Below are positions 9,611-20,500 of a DNA stretch of 64,000 nucleotides, in pieces. The notes under the pieces are model-generated. The model did not search any database, was not told the origin of the DNA, and worked only from the letters and a program-made list of their open reading frames with translations. Positions within the stretch are counted from its first letter, which is position 1. Each line of letters opens with the position of its first letter. The stretch comes from Nitrospirota bacterium (GTDB lineage: Bacteria > Nitrospirota > Nitrospiria > 2-01-FULL-66-17), in NCBI GenBank assembly GCA_049325335.1, contig JBMOMC010000043.1:66202-130201 (forward strand), read 5' to 3'. The position numbers and the translations under genes were made by a program.

Positions 9611-10938
9611 GGCGACACGGGCGGGTACGGGCCGATGCGATCCAGCACCCGCCCGACCACGGCGGTCAGATAGCGGTCCATGTGCGGACCGTTGAACGAC
9701 ATGCGCGCTTCATAGTGCGACGTCTCGTAGTGTTCCGATGGAACGACGTAGCCGACATAGTCGTCGGTGAATCCCACGATCAGGGCGCGGCGCCCCAGTC
9801 CAACGGCGCGGGCCTTCCAGTCCGAGCCGATCACGGCGGAGAGGTCGCACGGCACGCCGATGAGCACGCGGTCTCCGATCACCGCGACCGCCACGGTGGT
9901 GCGGCGATCCAACAGCAGCGCGCCGACCAGTCGCGGCAGACGACGACGCGGGGATACCTTGATTTGCGGGGCCGGCAGATCAACGCCGATTCGCCAGGAC
10001 GCGACCGCGGCGCGGTCCGTCCACGCCGCCTCGGGGAGCGCGCGCCGCGCCGCGCGCACGCGCTCGGCCAAGTCCGCGCCCATCGCGTCCATCGCCGCGA
10101 AGCGATCATCCGCGCGCGGCGGCGTTCCGGTCTGGTCCGCCACGGCTCCGGCCGTAAACAGGGCGACGCCGCCCGCGGATTCGAGCGCGCGCGAGAGGGC
10201 GCCGGGGTAATCCCCTGACAAGAAAAAGTTGTCGGATTTGAGCACCGTGGCGTGGGCCGAGAAATTCGTCAGCCACGCGACCGGCGTGGCGTCGGACCGT
10301 TCCACCGCCAGAAACGACACCGCCGGGTCGCGATACCCTCCGGGGATCATCCGGTTGGCGATCCGATCCGGCGCGGCGGCCTCGCCCCAGGCCATCCGCG
10401 CGGGCGCCAACGCCTTCATCGCGTTGACGGCCGCTACGGCCGCGCGCTCGATCACGAATCGAAACAGTTCGTCGTCATATTCGCCCGCGGCGAAACTCTC
10501 CCAGACCCGTCGCGCCACCGCGCCGAATCCCGAATGCGTGTGAGTGGCCGTGAGGATCAGACTGCCGGGCGGAAGGGCCACCTCGCGGCGGACGCGAGTC
10601 TCCACCGCCGCGAGCATGTCGTCGGTGACCGCCAGCAGATCGAGCGAGATCAAAATGACGGTCCGATCGCCCGACCGCAATGCGAGCGCCCGCGCGTAGA
10701 GGGGATCGTGGACGCCGTGCGAGGGTCGGCCGAGTCGGTTGCCGTATCCGGCCAGCGGCGGCCTCCCGTCGGGCGTCATGTCCACGCGGGCGGCGCCCGC
10801 CTCCACCGGCATCGCGGGCGGGGCGGTCACGCGGTCAACTGCGGCCATCGCGGCGGAAAACGCCGGCGTGGCGTCCACCGGCGCACGGTCGATGGGCAGA
10901 CACGCCGCGCACAATGCCGCAAGGCCGGCGACCGGCAT
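9607..10938 (-). CDS. Neutral/alkaline ceramidase-like protein
   Basis: LAGY, GVHDPLYARAL, ATHTHSG, NFSAHAT, SGDYPG; start at the ATG overlapping the upstream TGA. Confidence 0.8.
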   Translation of the reverse strand: MPVAGLAALCAACLPIDRAPVDATPAFSAAMAAVDRVTAPPAMPVEAGAARVDMTPDGRPPLAGYGNRLGRPSHGVHDPLYARALALRSGDRTVILISLDLLAVTDDMLAAVETRVRREVALPPGSLILTATHTHSGFGAVARRVWESFAAGEYDDELFRFVIERAAVAAVNAMKALAPARMAWGEAAAPDRIANRMIPGGYRDPAVSFLAVERSDATPVAWLTNFSAHATVLKSDNFFLSGDYPGALSRALESAGGVALFTAGAVADQTGTPPRADDRFAAMDAMGADLAERVRAARRALPEAAWTDRAAVASWRIGVDLPAPQIKVSPRRRLPRLVGALLLDRRTTVAVAVIGDRVLIGVPCDLSAVIGSDWKARAVGLGRRALIVGFTDDYVGYVVPSEHYETSHYEARMSFNGPHMDRYLTAVVGRVLDRIGPYPPVSP

Positions 10939-12077
10939 CAACGAACGTAGATAGGATTCGAAAAGATCCAGGGGCGCCATTGTCCTTGCACCGAAATGTC
11001 GACCTCCGCGCGATACGCGCCGGGAACGACGACCGGGAGCGACAACTGGTCGCCCTCGGTCATCGCCACGCGGTGTCCGTCCCGAAAAACCGTCATGCGG
11101 CCCGAAGCGGGCGCATGCACCTCGACGGTGAGTCCGTCGGCACGGGGTACCTCGTCCCCCATACTCCATATGTTGCCGCCGACATCCTTGACGCGAAAGG
11201 CAAAGCTCGGCGCGGGCTTGAACACTTCGAACGCAAAATACGCACGGCCGTTGCGGAGCGCGTCGAGCAACGCGTCGCGGGTCCCCTCCGCGGCGAGTAA
11301 ATACACGGGCACGAGCCGAAACGCCAAGGGATAGGGATCCAACTGTCTCCAGAGCACCCGGATATTCTGGTGCGCGTCGGGTGTCCCCACCGCGGTCAGT
11401 CGGCGGCGCGTGGTTTGCGCGTCGAACGCGGCCAGCGCGTGGTCCGGGCGTCGGACGATCCGCGACAAAATTTCGTTCGGGTAGGCGCCGTACCAGATCA
11501 GGATATCCAACGCCCACGCTGCGTACCGCCAGCGATCGTGTTTGGCCTCATCGTACAGGTCCCAGACTTCCGCCCCGACCAACGCGGGGTCGTCCCACTG
11601 GGTCGACCGCGACGGGTGCGTGGCCAGGGGGACGCCGCCGTGCTCCGCCACGGCCGCGGACACTTCGGGGCACGTCATCCCCCGGCTGTCGATAAACCGA
11701 TCCAGCCCCACCGCCAAAATGTGGCGGTCACCACACCGAATTTCCGCGCCGCGGATCAAGAGCACGCCCTCCCGTTCGCGGGTCCCCTCCTGGGCGAACA
11801 CCTCGGATCTGTTGTGATCGGTGAGCATGACAAAGTCCAAGCCCGCGGACTTTGCCGCGCGGACGATGTCGTCCTCGGTTCCCCGGCTGTCGTGGGAGAG
11901 TTGGGTATGGACGTGGATCACGCCCTTGAAGCGGCGCTGTCCCGGCGGGTCGGCAAGGGGTATCGAGAGCGGGACCACGGCCAATTCGGCTCGGATCGCG
12001 TGGAACGTTGAAGGGAACGTACATCCGCCGATGACGAAGATGGTGACGGTCCCGACGACCGCGCAAGTCCCGCGCAT
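10938..12077 (-). CDS. PHP-domain metallo-phosphoesterase (CehA/McbA-like)
   Basis: HVHTQLSHD, TDHN, HP, DAH; GGC lipobox-like N-terminus. Confidence 0.8.
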   Translation of the reverse strand: MRGTCAVVGTVTIFVIGGCTFPSTFHAIRAELAVVPLSIPLADPPGQRRFKGVIHVHTQLSHDSRGTEDDIVRAAKSAGLDFVMLTDHNRSEVFAQEGTREREGVLLIRGAEIRCGDRHILAVGLDRFIDSRGMTCPEVSAAVAEHGGVPLATHPSRSTQWDDPALVGAEVWDLYDEAKHDRWRYAAWALDILIWYGAYPNEILSRIVRRPDHALAAFDAQTTRRRLTAVGTPDAHQNIRVLWRQLDPYPLAFRLVPVYLLAAEGTRDALLDALRNGRAYFAFEVFKPAPSFAFRVKDVGGNIWSMGDEVPRADGLTVEVHAPASGRMTVFRDGHRVAMTEGDQLSLPVVVPGAYRAEVDISVQGQWRPWIFSNPIYVR

Positions 12078-12108
12078 CCCGAAATGGTACTTGAAGCCCT
12101 CCCGACGA

Positions 12109-12870
12109 TCAAGCCGACGGATCAGGGGCGGCGAACCCCAAGAGATATTCCTGGTTGCCGTCCCGACCCTCGATCGGCGAGGTGATGGTGCCGATGACGC
12201 GCAACCCCAGCGCTTCGGCGGCGGCCGTCACATCCCGCGCCGCGCGTTCGCGCAACGCGGGGTCTCGCACGATTCCGCCGCGTCCCACGAGGCCTTTCCC
12301 CACTTCAAACTGGGGTTTGACCAACGCGACCACGCGTCCGCCGGGGCGGACGAACTCCGTCATTCGCGGCAGCACGAGGCGCAGCGAGATAAACGAGACG
12401 TCGATTACCGCGAGGTCGATCGCGTCGCCGACCGCGTCGCGCGCCAACGCGCGGATATTCGCCCGCTCCAATACCCGCACGCGGGGATCGGTGCGCAACG
12501 CCCAGGCGAGTTGCCCGTACCCCACGTCCACCGCCCACACGCGCGCGGCACCCCGCTGCAAGAGACAGTCGGTGAAGCCGCCGGTCGACGCGCCCACGTC
12601 CAGGCAGACCAGGCCCCGCGGGTCCACCGCGAACGCGTCCAATGCGGCCGCGAGTTTGACCCCGCCGCGTCCGACGAACGGATGATCCGGACCCGCCACG
12701 CTCAACGGCGCGTCCGGGCGGATCAGGTCGCCGGGTTTCTCGATGCGCCGGTTGCCGGACCGCACCAGACCCTCCAGGATCATGGCCTGGGCGCGGGCCC
12801 GGCTGGGCGCCAGTCCCCGGTCCACCAACGCCACATCCACCCGCTGTGCGTTCGCCTGCGCGCGCGTCAT
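12109..12870 (-). CDS. tlyA: TlyA-family rRNA methyltransferase
   Basis: S4 domain, GRGGVKL, DVGASTGGFTDCLLQ, DVSFISL, KPQFE. Confidence 0.95.
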   Translation of the reverse strand: MTRAQANAQRVDVALVDRGLAPSRARAQAMILEGLVRSGNRRIEKPGDLIRPDAPLSVAGPDHPFVGRGGVKLAAALDAFAVDPRGLVCLDVGASTGGFTDCLLQRGAARVWAVDVGYGQLAWALRTDPRVRVLERANIRALARDAVGDAIDLAVIDVSFISLRLVLPRMTEFVRPGGRVVALVKPQFEVGKGLVGRGGIVRDPALRERAARDVTAAAEALGLRVIGTITSPIEGRDGNQEYLLGFAAPDPSA

Positions 12871-12993
12871 GCCGAACCGTATCAGAGCGGACGCGGGCCG
12901 CGCAACCGCTTGCGCTTTCGCGTGCAATCCGTGTATCACACCCAAAGATCGCTTCGCCCGGAGCCCACGGGTCCGCGGGACGCAAAGGAGCGG

Positions 12994-14808
12994 ATGGCCA
13001 TGGATAAGAAGCAACTGCGGTTCTCCCTGTGGTACGTGGTGGCGGCGTTGTGGGTGCTCGCCCTCATTCAACTCTTCGTCGCTCCCGCATTCGCCCCATC
13101 CGAGCTGTCCTACAGCGACTTTAAAGCCGCGGTTGCGGCCGGCAAGGTCGAGGAAGTCGCGATCGGGCCGACCGTTCTTCACGGACGGTTCAAATCGGAG
13201 GAGGCCGGCGAGGCGCCCAAACCGTTCAACACGGTGCGCGTGGAAGACCCGGGTCTGTTGCGCGACCTCGAGGCCCAAGGCGTGAAAGTCACCGGGGTCA
13301 TCGAGAGCACGGTTGTGCGCGACCTGCTGTCGTGGGTGGTGCCGATCCTGCTGTTTGCCGCGGTGTGGGTGTTCCTGCTGCGCCGCATGGGACAAGGCCA
13401 GAGCGGGTTCATGACCGTGGGCAAGAGCAAGGCCAAGATCTACATGGAGCAGGACATCACGGTCCGATTCACCGACGTGGCTGGCGTGGATGAAGCGCAG
13501 GAGGAACTTCGGGAAGTCATTGAGTTCCTCAGGACGCCGGGCAAGTTCACCCGCTTGGGCGGCAAGATCCCCAAAGGGATCCTGCTCGTGGGGCCGCCGG
13601 GAACCGGGAAGACGTTACTCGCGCGCGCGGTGGCAGGCGAGGCCGGCGTGCCGTTTTTCTCGATCAGCGGATCCGAGTTCGTGGAAATGTTCGTGGGCGT
13701 GGGCGCCGCGCGGGTGCGCGATCTGTTTCTCCAGGCCAAACAAAAGGCGCCGTGCATCATCTTTCTCGATGAATTGGATGCCTTGGGCAAAGCGCGGGGC
13801 ATGGGTCCGATGGCGCATGAAGAGCGCGAGCAAACGCTGAACCAACTTCTCGTGGAAATGGACGGCTTTGACCCTCGGGTCGGCGTGATTCTCCTGGCGG
13901 CGACGAATCGTCCGGAAATTCTGGATCCGGCGTTGTTGCGCGCCGGCCGGTTCGATCGCCACGTCGTCGTCGACAGGCCGGATCGTCTGGGTCGGATCGC
14001 CATCCTCAAGGTTCACGCGAAGAACGTTCCGTTGGCGCCCGACGCGGACCTGGAGTCTATCGCGGGAATGACCCCGGGATTTGTCGGCGCGGACCTGGCC
14101 AATCTGGTCAATGAAGCCGCGCTCCTAGCGGTGCGCCGAGGGAAGGATCTGGTCGGGGCCGCGGAACTGCAGGAGGCGGTGGAGCGCGTGATCGCAGGGC
14201 TTGAAAAACGGAATCGGGTGTTGAACAAGTTGGAGCGGGAACGGGTGGCGCACCATGAAATCGGACACGCATTGGTCGCCCTGTCCATCCCAGGCATGCA
14301 CCCGGTGCAGAAGATCTCGATCATTCCGCGCGGGGTGGCCGCACTCGGCTACACGCTCCAGTTGCCAACCGAAGATCGGTTTTTGATGACCAAGTCGGAA
14401 CTCGAAGACAAGATCGCGATGCTCTTGGGCGGGCGTGTGGCCGAGGAGATCATCTTTCACGAGGTATCGACCGGCGCCCAAGACGATCTGATGAAAGCGA
14501 CGGACATCGCCAAGAGCATGGTCAAGACCTACGGCATGAGCGGCAAGTTGGGCGGGGTGACCTTTGACGGCGCACGCCAACCGACGTTTTTGCCGACGGC
14601 GCACGCGGGCGGGCCCGCGGACTACAGCGAAGAGACCGCGCGGGAGATCGACTGCGAAGTCCGCAATATCTTGGATGCCCAGTTCACGCGGGTGCGGAGC
14701 ATCCTGCAAGCGCGCCAAGACGCCTTACGGACCGCCGCCATTGCGCTCTTGAAAACTGAGACGATGACGGGCGCCGAACTACAGGCGCTCCTCGGCGCGC
14801 CCGGATAA
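12994..14808 (+). CDS. ftsH: ATP-dependent zinc metalloprotease FtsH
   Basis: Two TM segments, [11 protein letters not shown] motif [26 protein letters not shown]. Confidence 0.95.
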   Translation: MAMDKKQLRFSLWYVVAALWVLALIQLFVAPAFAPSELSYSDFKAAVAAGKVEEVAIGPTVLHGRFKSEEAGEAPKPFNTVRVEDPGLLRDLEAQGVKVTGVIESTVVRDLLSWVVPILLFAAVWVFLLRRMGQGQSGFMTVGKSKAKIYMEQDITVRFTDVAGVDEAQEELREVIEFLRTPGKFTRLGGKIPKGILLVGPPGTGKTLLARAVAGEAGVPFFSISGSEFVEMFVGVGAARVRDLFLQAKQKAPCIIFLDELDALGKARGMGPMAHEEREQTLNQLLVEMDGFDPRVGVILLAATNRPEILDPALLRAGRFDRHVVVDRPDRLGRIAILKVHAKNVPLAPDADLESIAGMTPGFVGADLANLVNEAALLAVRRGKDLVGAAELQEAVERVIAGLEKRNRVLNKLERERVAHHEIGHALVALSIPGMHPVQKISIIPRGVAALGYTLQLPTEDRFLMTKSELEDKIAMLLGGRVAEEIIFHEVSTGAQDDLMKATDIAKSMVKTYGMSGKLGGVTFDGARQPTFLPTAHAGGPADYSEETAREIDCEVRNILDAQFTRVRSILQARQDALRTAAIALLKTETMTGAELQALLGAPG

Positions 14809-14879
14809 TCGTCGTGCGGCGGCCACGCCAGCGAAATCCCGCGGCCGCGATGCGTCCACGCTTCTGATACAATCGCGCG

Positions 14880-16688
14880 GTGACTAAGGCCCTTCATTAC
14901 CGGATCACGCCCAGGGATCCGGCGGCCCACCTGTTCGAAGTGCGGTGTACGATCCCGACGCCCGACCCCGCGGGCCAACGGTTTTCCTTGCCGACGTGGA
15001 TCCCGGGCAGTTATCTGATTCGTGATTTTGCCCGCCACGTGGTGCGGATTCGGGCCGAGTCAAACGGACGACTGGTCCCGGTCGACAAACTCGATCGCGC
15101 CATGTGGCAGTGCGAGCCGACTTCAGGGCCGCTCACGCTGATCAGCGAGGTGTATGCGTGGGATCTCTCCGTGCGCGCGGCTCATCTGGACGCCACGCAC
15201 GGATACTTCAACGGCACGAGCGTGTTTTTTCAGATCCACGGCCGGGAGAACCGACCGTGCGTCGTGGACATCGAGGCCCCGGTCGGTGGGGGTGGGCAAC
15301 GATGGCGCGTGGCGACCGCGATGCGACGCGACGGCGCGCCGCCCCATGCGTTCGGCCGATACATGGCCGCGGACTACGACGACCTGGTGGATCATCCGGT
15401 GGAGATGGGCGACTTTGCGTTGGCGACGTTTACCGCCTGCGGTGTGCCCCACGACGTAGCGTTGACCGGCCGACACCGGGCCGACCTCGACCGTCTGTGT
15501 CGCGACCTCACGACGATCTGCGAGCACCACATCCGGTTCTTCGGAGAGCCCGCGCCGTTCGACCGGTACGTGTTTTTGGTCACCGCGGTGGGCGAAGGGT
15601 ACGGCGGCCTCGAACACCGGGCGTCGACCAGCCTCCTGTGTTCACGGGAGGATCTTCCCAAACCGGGAGACCGCGAGATCAACGAGAAATACCGAACGTT
15701 GTTGGCGTTGGCGAGTCACGAGTACTTCCACGCCTGGAACGTCAAACGCATCAAGCCCCAGGCGTTCATCCCGTACGATCTCACGCGCGAAGTGTACACG
15801 CGCTTGTTGTGGGCGTTCGAAGGCATCACGTCGTACTACGATGCGCTGGCGCTGGTGCGGACCGGTCTGATTTCCCCGGCCAGTTACCTGGAGCTGGTGG
15901 GGCAAACCGTTACGCGGCTGCTCCGCGGGCCCGGTCGGTTGAAGCAGACGGTGGAGGAGTCCAGCTTTGACGCGTGGATCAAGTTTTACAAGCCGGACGA
16001 AAACACCCCGAACGCCGTGGTCAGTTACTACACCAAGGGCGCGCTGGTGGCATCGGCGCTCGACCTCACGATTCGACGCGAGACGCGGAACGCCAAATCG
16101 CTGGATGACGTGATGCGCGCGCTGTGGGAGCGGCATGGTAAAACCGGCGTGGGGGTCCCGGAAGACAGGATCGAACGGATCGCACGGGAAGTGTCCGGGG
16201 TAGATCTGCGGGCGTTTTTTGACCGCGCGCTCCGCACCGCGGAGGACCTTCCGCTCGCGGAGCTGTTCGCGGACGTCGGGGTGACGTTGGGCCTACGAAC
16301 CGCCGAGTCCGACCAGGACAAGGGCGGAAAACCTGGGACCACGCCGCACGCCACGCGAACAACCCTCGGCGTTCGGCTGGCCGAAAGCGGATCGGACGCG
16401 AAACTGGCAACGGTCCACGACGGAAGCGCGGCGCAGGCTGCGGGGCTTGCTGCCGGCGATGTGATTATGGCCGTGGATGGACTCCGTGCCACGCGGGGCA
16501 ATCTGGAATCCTTGATCGGTGCCTACCCGCCAGGTTCCACGGTCCACATCCACGCGTTCCGTCGCGACGAACTGATGGAGTTCGACCTTACGCCGGCGCC
16601 CGCGCCGCTGGACACCTGCTTTCTGACGCTCACCGTGGACCCTCCCGAATCCATACGGGCTCGCCGCGCGGCCTGGTTGGGGGGCTGA
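14880..16688 (+). CDS. M61-family glycyl aminopeptidase with PDZ domain
   Basis: WIPGSY, GGLEH, HEYFHAWNVKRI, EGITSYY; C-terminal PDZ. Confidence 0.92.
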   Translation: MTKALHYRITPRDPAAHLFEVRCTIPTPDPAGQRFSLPTWIPGSYLIRDFARHVVRIRAESNGRLVPVDKLDRAMWQCEPTSGPLTLISEVYAWDLSVRAAHLDATHGYFNGTSVFFQIHGRENRPCVVDIEAPVGGGGQRWRVATAMRRDGAPPHAFGRYMAADYDDLVDHPVEMGDFALATFTACGVPHDVALTGRHRADLDRLCRDLTTICEHHIRFFGEPAPFDRYVFLVTAVGEGYGGLEHRASTSLLCSREDLPKPGDREINEKYRTLLALASHEYFHAWNVKRIKPQAFIPYDLTREVYTRLLWAFEGITSYYDALALVRTGLISPASYLELVGQTVTRLLRGPGRLKQTVEESSFDAWIKFYKPDENTPNAVVSYYTKGALVASALDLTIRRETRNAKSLDDVMRALWERHGKTGVGVPEDRIERIAREVSGVDLRAFFDRALRTAEDLPLAELFADVGVTLGLRTAESDQDKGGKPGTTPHATRTTLGVRLAESGSDAKLATVHDGSAAQAAGLAAGDVIMAVDGLRATRGNLESLIGAYPPGSTVHIHAFRRDELMEFDLTPAPAPLDTCFLTLTVDPPESIRARRAAWLGG

Positions 16689-16955
16689 CTTCCGCGCCTT
16701 GACAGACCGTACGCCTGTGTCACCTTCACCATGAATCGAGTCGTGGTGAAGGGGGGCGCGGATGAAACGGTGGGCGGTGTTCTGGGCGTGCCTGTCGGTG
16801 GTGCCGATTTCGTTCGACGCGAATCCGGAGCCGGCCCACCTCGATTCACCGCCCGTCCTCACGCGGACGGTGTCGGTCCCGCCATCTCGACCATCGATCG
16901 ACCGGGCGGAATCAGCCGATTCCAGGGCCGGTCTCATCGAGTCGGGCGTTCCTCA

Positions 16956-19223
16956 TCACAGCGTCGCGGCCCGGTAGCCCGGGCTGAGTCGACGCCGCGT
17001 CATCAGGTACAAAGCCACCCCGGCCAAAATCAGCAGGTCTGCGGCCTGCCACGGCCCCGGAGGGTCGCCGCCGTTCGGAATGATCATCCCGCACCCGCCG
17101 GCTTGGGGCGCGTCGGAAGACGGGGTGTTGTCCGAGACGAGCGAAGCGGACGCGTACACGGTGTTCTGCCGATTGCCGGACCGGTCGTACGACGCGGCCG
17201 AGTAGTAGTAGGTCACGTCGCTGACCAATCCGTGGTGCATCGTCTGCCCCGGTTCGTCCGGGTTCCCGGTAAAGTCGCCCAACAACACGCCGTCGGTCGG
17301 TCCTGACGGGTACCGATCGGTCCGGAACCGAATCTGCACGCCCGCAAAGTCCGCGTCGGACGGGTTGGTCCACGTTAACGTGACGTGGGCCGACGCGCCG
17401 CTCGCCGAAAAATTCTGCACGTCTTGGGGCGGGGTGCTATCGGGCGATGAGGGAATCACGACCGTGATGTCGCCGGACGCGGTCGAGTTGCCCACGGTAT
17501 CCGCGCTCAACACGCGGAGGTGGTAGGTGGCGCCGGGGGTGAGTGCGGACAGGGGCTCACGGTGCGCGGTCAACAGAGTGGCGTTGGCGACGGTGCGTTG
17601 CCCGTAGGCGGTGGTGAGGCCGTATTCAACCTGCGACGTGGCGGCTTCGTTGGTGGACCAGGTCACGACCGCGGAAGTGGGCGTGACGTCCGTGGTCGTC
17701 AGATTGAAAATCGACGGCGGGGTGGTGTCGGGCGCGGCGGAGGTGGTGAAGGTGCGGTTGCCGGAGACGGCGAGGTTGCCGGCGGCATCCGCGCTGCGCA
17801 CACGGTAGTTGTAGGTGGTCGCGGCGAGCAGCCCGCTTACCGTCGCGCTATGGCTGGTCACGAGCGTGGCGTTGAGCGTGGTGGAAGCGCCGTAGGCCGT
17901 GGTGGTGCCGTATTCGACCTGGGTGGTGGCGGCCTCGTTGGAGGTCCAGGTGATGCTGGCGCCGGTGCTGGTGATCGAGCCCGCGCTGATGCCGGTGAGC
18001 GTGGGCGGGGTGGTGTCGGGCGCGGCGGAGGTGGTGAAGACGAAATCCGAGGAGGACGCGTTGTTGCCGGCGGCGTCCACGCTGCGCACGCGGTAGTGGT
18101 ACACCGTGGATGCGGTCAGGCCGGTCAGCGTGATGCTATGGCTGGTCACGCGCACAGCGTCCGAGGATGTCGCGCTGTAGGCGGTGGTCAGGCCGTAGTC
18201 GACCACGGAGGTGGAGACTTCGTTGGTGCTCCAGGTGATCACACTGCTGGTTGCGCTTACGGTGCTGGCCGTGGTTCCGGAGATGACCGGCGGGGTGGTG
18301 TCGGGCGCGGCGGAGGTGGTGAAGGTGAAGTCGCCGGAGAGCGCGGCATTGCCCGCGGCGTCCGCGCTGCGCACGCGGTAATGATACAGGGTGGAGGCGG
18401 CAAGGCCGCTCACCGTCGCGCTGTGGCTGGTCACGAGCGTGGCGTTGAGCGTGGTGGAGGCGCCGTAGGCCGTGGTGGTGCCGTATTCGACCTGGGTGGT
18501 GGCGGCTTCGTTGGAGGTCCAGGTGATGCTGGCGCCGGTGCTGGTGATCGAGCCCGCGCTGATGCCGGTAAGCGTGGGCGGGGTGGTGTCGGGCGCGGCC
18601 GTTGTCGTGAACGTGTAGTCGGACGAGATGGCCACATTGCCGGTTGCGTCAAGACTGAGCACGCGGAAGTGGTACAGGGTGGACGGCGTTAAACCGCTCA
18701 GGGTTCGAGCGTGGGTGGTGACCAGGGTGGAGTCAATGGCCGTGGACGAACCGTAACCGGTCGTGGTCCCGTATTCCGCCGCGGTGGTGGCGGCTTCGTT
18801 GGTGGTCCACGTGAGCGTGGCCCCGGTGGCCGTGATGCCGGATGCGGTGACCGAGGAGATGGTGGGTGGCGTGGTATCGGTCACGATCTTCGTGCCTTCG
18901 TTCGAAGGGGTGCTGCTGTTTCCCACGAGGTCTTGCGCGGTCACGGCAAAGTAGTATGTCCCGGGGCCCAGTCCCGTCACCGTATAGGTGGTCACCATAC
19001 CCACCGGGATCACGGAGGAGTAAACTCCCGAGCTGGTACCGTAGTGGACGGTGTAACCGGCCAAGTCGGACTCGGTGTTGGGGTTCCATGACAATATGGC
19101 GTCCGCTCCAAACGCGGGCGCGGCGCACAGTAGGAGTGACGCGAGGGCCCAAGGGGCCGCGGAGACACACCGGTTGTTCGGCGTATTCGGCGTGTGATGA
19201 GCGTTTTGACAATGACGATACAT
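16956..19223 (-). CDS. Large surface protein with tandem fibronectin type III repeats and a C-terminal GGCG-TM-RRR sorting signal
   Basis: Repeated DTTPP..W.T.E....V.YG.T..Y..H...L..L.....Y..RV.S.D..GN units; C-terminal AGGCG + hydrophobic + RRR; start could be 19244. Confidence 0.85.
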   Translation of the reverse strand: MYRHCQNAHHTPNTPNNRCVSAAPWALASLLLCAAPAFGADAILSWNPNTESDLAGYTVHYGTSSGVYSSVIPVGMVTTYTVTGLGPGTYYFAVTAQDLVGNSSTPSNEGTKIVTDTTPPTISSVTASGITATGATLTWTTNEAATTAAEYGTTTGYGSSTAIDSTLVTTHARTLSGLTPSTLYHFRVLSLDATGNVAISSDYTFTTTAAPDTTPPTLTGISAGSITSTGASITWTSNEAATTQVEYGTTTAYGASTTLNATLVTSHSATVSGLAASTLYHYRVRSADAAGNAALSGDFTFTTSAAPDTTPPVISGTTASTVSATSSVITWSTNEVSTSVVDYGLTTAYSATSSDAVRVTSHSITLTGLTASTVYHYRVRSVDAAGNNASSSDFVFTTSAAPDTTPPTLTGISAGSITSTGASITWTSNEAATTQVEYGTTTAYGASTTLNATLVTSHSATVSGLLAATTYNYRVRSADAAGNLAVSGNRTFTTSAAPDTTPPSIFNLTTTDVTPTSAVVTWSTNEAATSQVEYGLTTAYGQRTVANATLLTAHREPLSALTPGATYHLRVLSADTVGNSTASGDITVVIPSSPDSTPPQDVQNFSASGASAHVTLTWTNPSDADFAGVQIRFRTDRYPSGPTDGVLLGDFTGNPDEPGQTMHHGLVSDVTYYYSAASYDRSGNRQNTVYASASLVSDNTPSSDAPQAGGCGMIIPNGGDPPGPWQAADLLILAGVALYLMTRRRLSPGYRAATL

Positions 19224-19308
19224 GACACTGACCTCTTTTCGCATGCGGTGTACTCGTGTCCGGTGCGCCCAACCACGTCCCGGGCGCCTTGCTCAGGGCG
19301 TCTCTAAG

Positions 19309-19324
19309 AGCAAACCTGGTGCCA
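19309..19324 (-). promoter_or_regulatory. Sigma54 (-24/-12) promoter for the FN3 surface protein
   Basis: Minus strand TGGCAC-CAGGT-TTGCT, a consensus match about 85 nt upstream of the start. Confidence 0.8.
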
Positions 19325-19636
19325 GCAACCGCGCACGTTGAAAACCGCTGTATTGACGGCGCGATTGCCGCGCGGGCGCGCGTGAATCATGGTGGTGCGG
19401 AAGCGGTTGCTTTGAATTGGCGGTCGAAATCCGTGATTCGGATTACCGTTCAGTCGTTCAGTTTGAGGCCGTGGGTGTTGACCGGGGGGATGGGGCGCGG
19501 TGCGTGCGCTGCCGGAATCTCACCGATGGCCGGTGGATTCCGCCAGGTTTCCAGCACGGGCCGCGTTGAACGTGTGGGGCGTCTTCCGCCGATAGCCTCT
19601 CGATTTTTTCGTCGTGACATGATATGGGCAGGGGTG

Positions 19637-20194
19637 ATGCCGAGGTCGATTTCAGGGATCGGCGGATCGCCGCCGGGAGATCAAGACCGGACCACGGGCG
19701 CGGCCCATCGTCTTGCGGCGGCGCATATCGAGCCGCCGCCGATCACCGAGGCGCTGTCGGCTCACTGCGCGTGTATAGCCGCGAGTTTTCGTCGCTGGAT
19801 CGGTCGCGACCTCATTGACGCTCCGGTAGCCGATCACGACCTCGTAGCCAGGTTGTTCGACGCTCCATTTGCCCTACTCGCCCACGGAACCGAAGCGGAC
19901 CCGATGCTGACTTACGGAAACCGGATGGCGTTGACATTGTGGGAGACGACGTGGGATCGGTTTACCCGCATGCCGTCCCGGCTCACGGCCGAACCCCAGG
20001 CGCGTGATGAGCGGGCGCGCGTACTCGCGGGCGTCACCCGACGAGGGTACGTGGAGAACTATCGCGGGGTTCGCGTGTCGCAGACCGGGCGTCGGTTCCA
20101 CATCGAGCGCGCGGTGGTTTGGGTGCTGGTGGATCCGTCGGGTCGAGCGGTCGGACAAGCCGCCATGGTCGATACCTGGACCGACCTGGGTTAA
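19637..20194 (+). CDS. Standalone MEKHLA-domain protein (start uncertain)
   Basis: LFDAPFALLAHGTEADP..YGN..AL.LWE..W..F..MPSRLTAE, YRGVR.S.TGRRF.I. Confidence 0.85.
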   Translation: MPRSISGIGGSPPGDQDRTTGAAHRLAAAHIEPPPITEALSAHCACIAASFRRWIGRDLIDAPVADHDLVARLFDAPFALLAHGTEADPMLTYGNRMALTLWETTWDRFTRMPSRLTAEPQARDERARVLAGVTRRGYVENYRGVRVSQTGRRFHIERAVVWVLVDPSGRAVGQAAMVDTWTDLG

Positions 20195-20206
20195 CCGTAC
20201 CGACGC

Positions 20207-20500
20207 ATGGCGCGGTTGACCGTCAAAGTCGTTCCCAAATCATCTCGAAACCGTGTGGTCGGCCGGCTCGGTGATGCCGTGAAGGTGACGGTGACCGCTG
20301 CGCCCGAAGGCGGTCGAGCCAATGCCGCGGTGGCGGACCTGCTGGCCGCGTGCCTTGACGTGCCGGTCTCCGGCGTGCGGTGCGTTGCCGGGCACGCGTC
20401 CGCACGAAAACTCTTTGAGATCGCGGGACTCACCGAACGGCAAGTGAACGCGCGGCTCGATGCCTTGATCGCCGACTCCGAGCACGCTACGTCTGAGTAG
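20207..20500 (+). CDS. DUF167/YggU-family protein
   Basis: VKVVPKSS, VTAAPEGGRAN, G..S..K. Confidence 0.88.
   Translation: MARLTVKVVPKSSRNRVVGRLGDAVKVTVTAAPEGGRANAAVADLLAACLDVPVSGVRCVAGHASARKLFEIAGLTERQVNARLDALIADSEHATSE

Noticed and set aside
10939..11517. Long N-terminal extension of the ceramidase-like ORF
   Set aside because: Overlaps the PHP gene in another frame; TGATG coupling marks the real start
12950..12992. GGGACGCAAAG, resembling part of a c-di-GMP-I riboswitch
   Set aside because: No upstream GGCAAA/GNRA P1 stem; it overlaps the ftsH RBS
11821..12993. 995-aa ORF suggesting an N-terminally extended FtsH
   Set aside because: The extension is the antisense shadow of tlyA; the real start follows the RBS at 12994
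16762..16977. 71-aa ORF with a signal-like N-terminus
   Set aside because: No recognisable motif; it overlaps the FN3 gene end and cannot be supported
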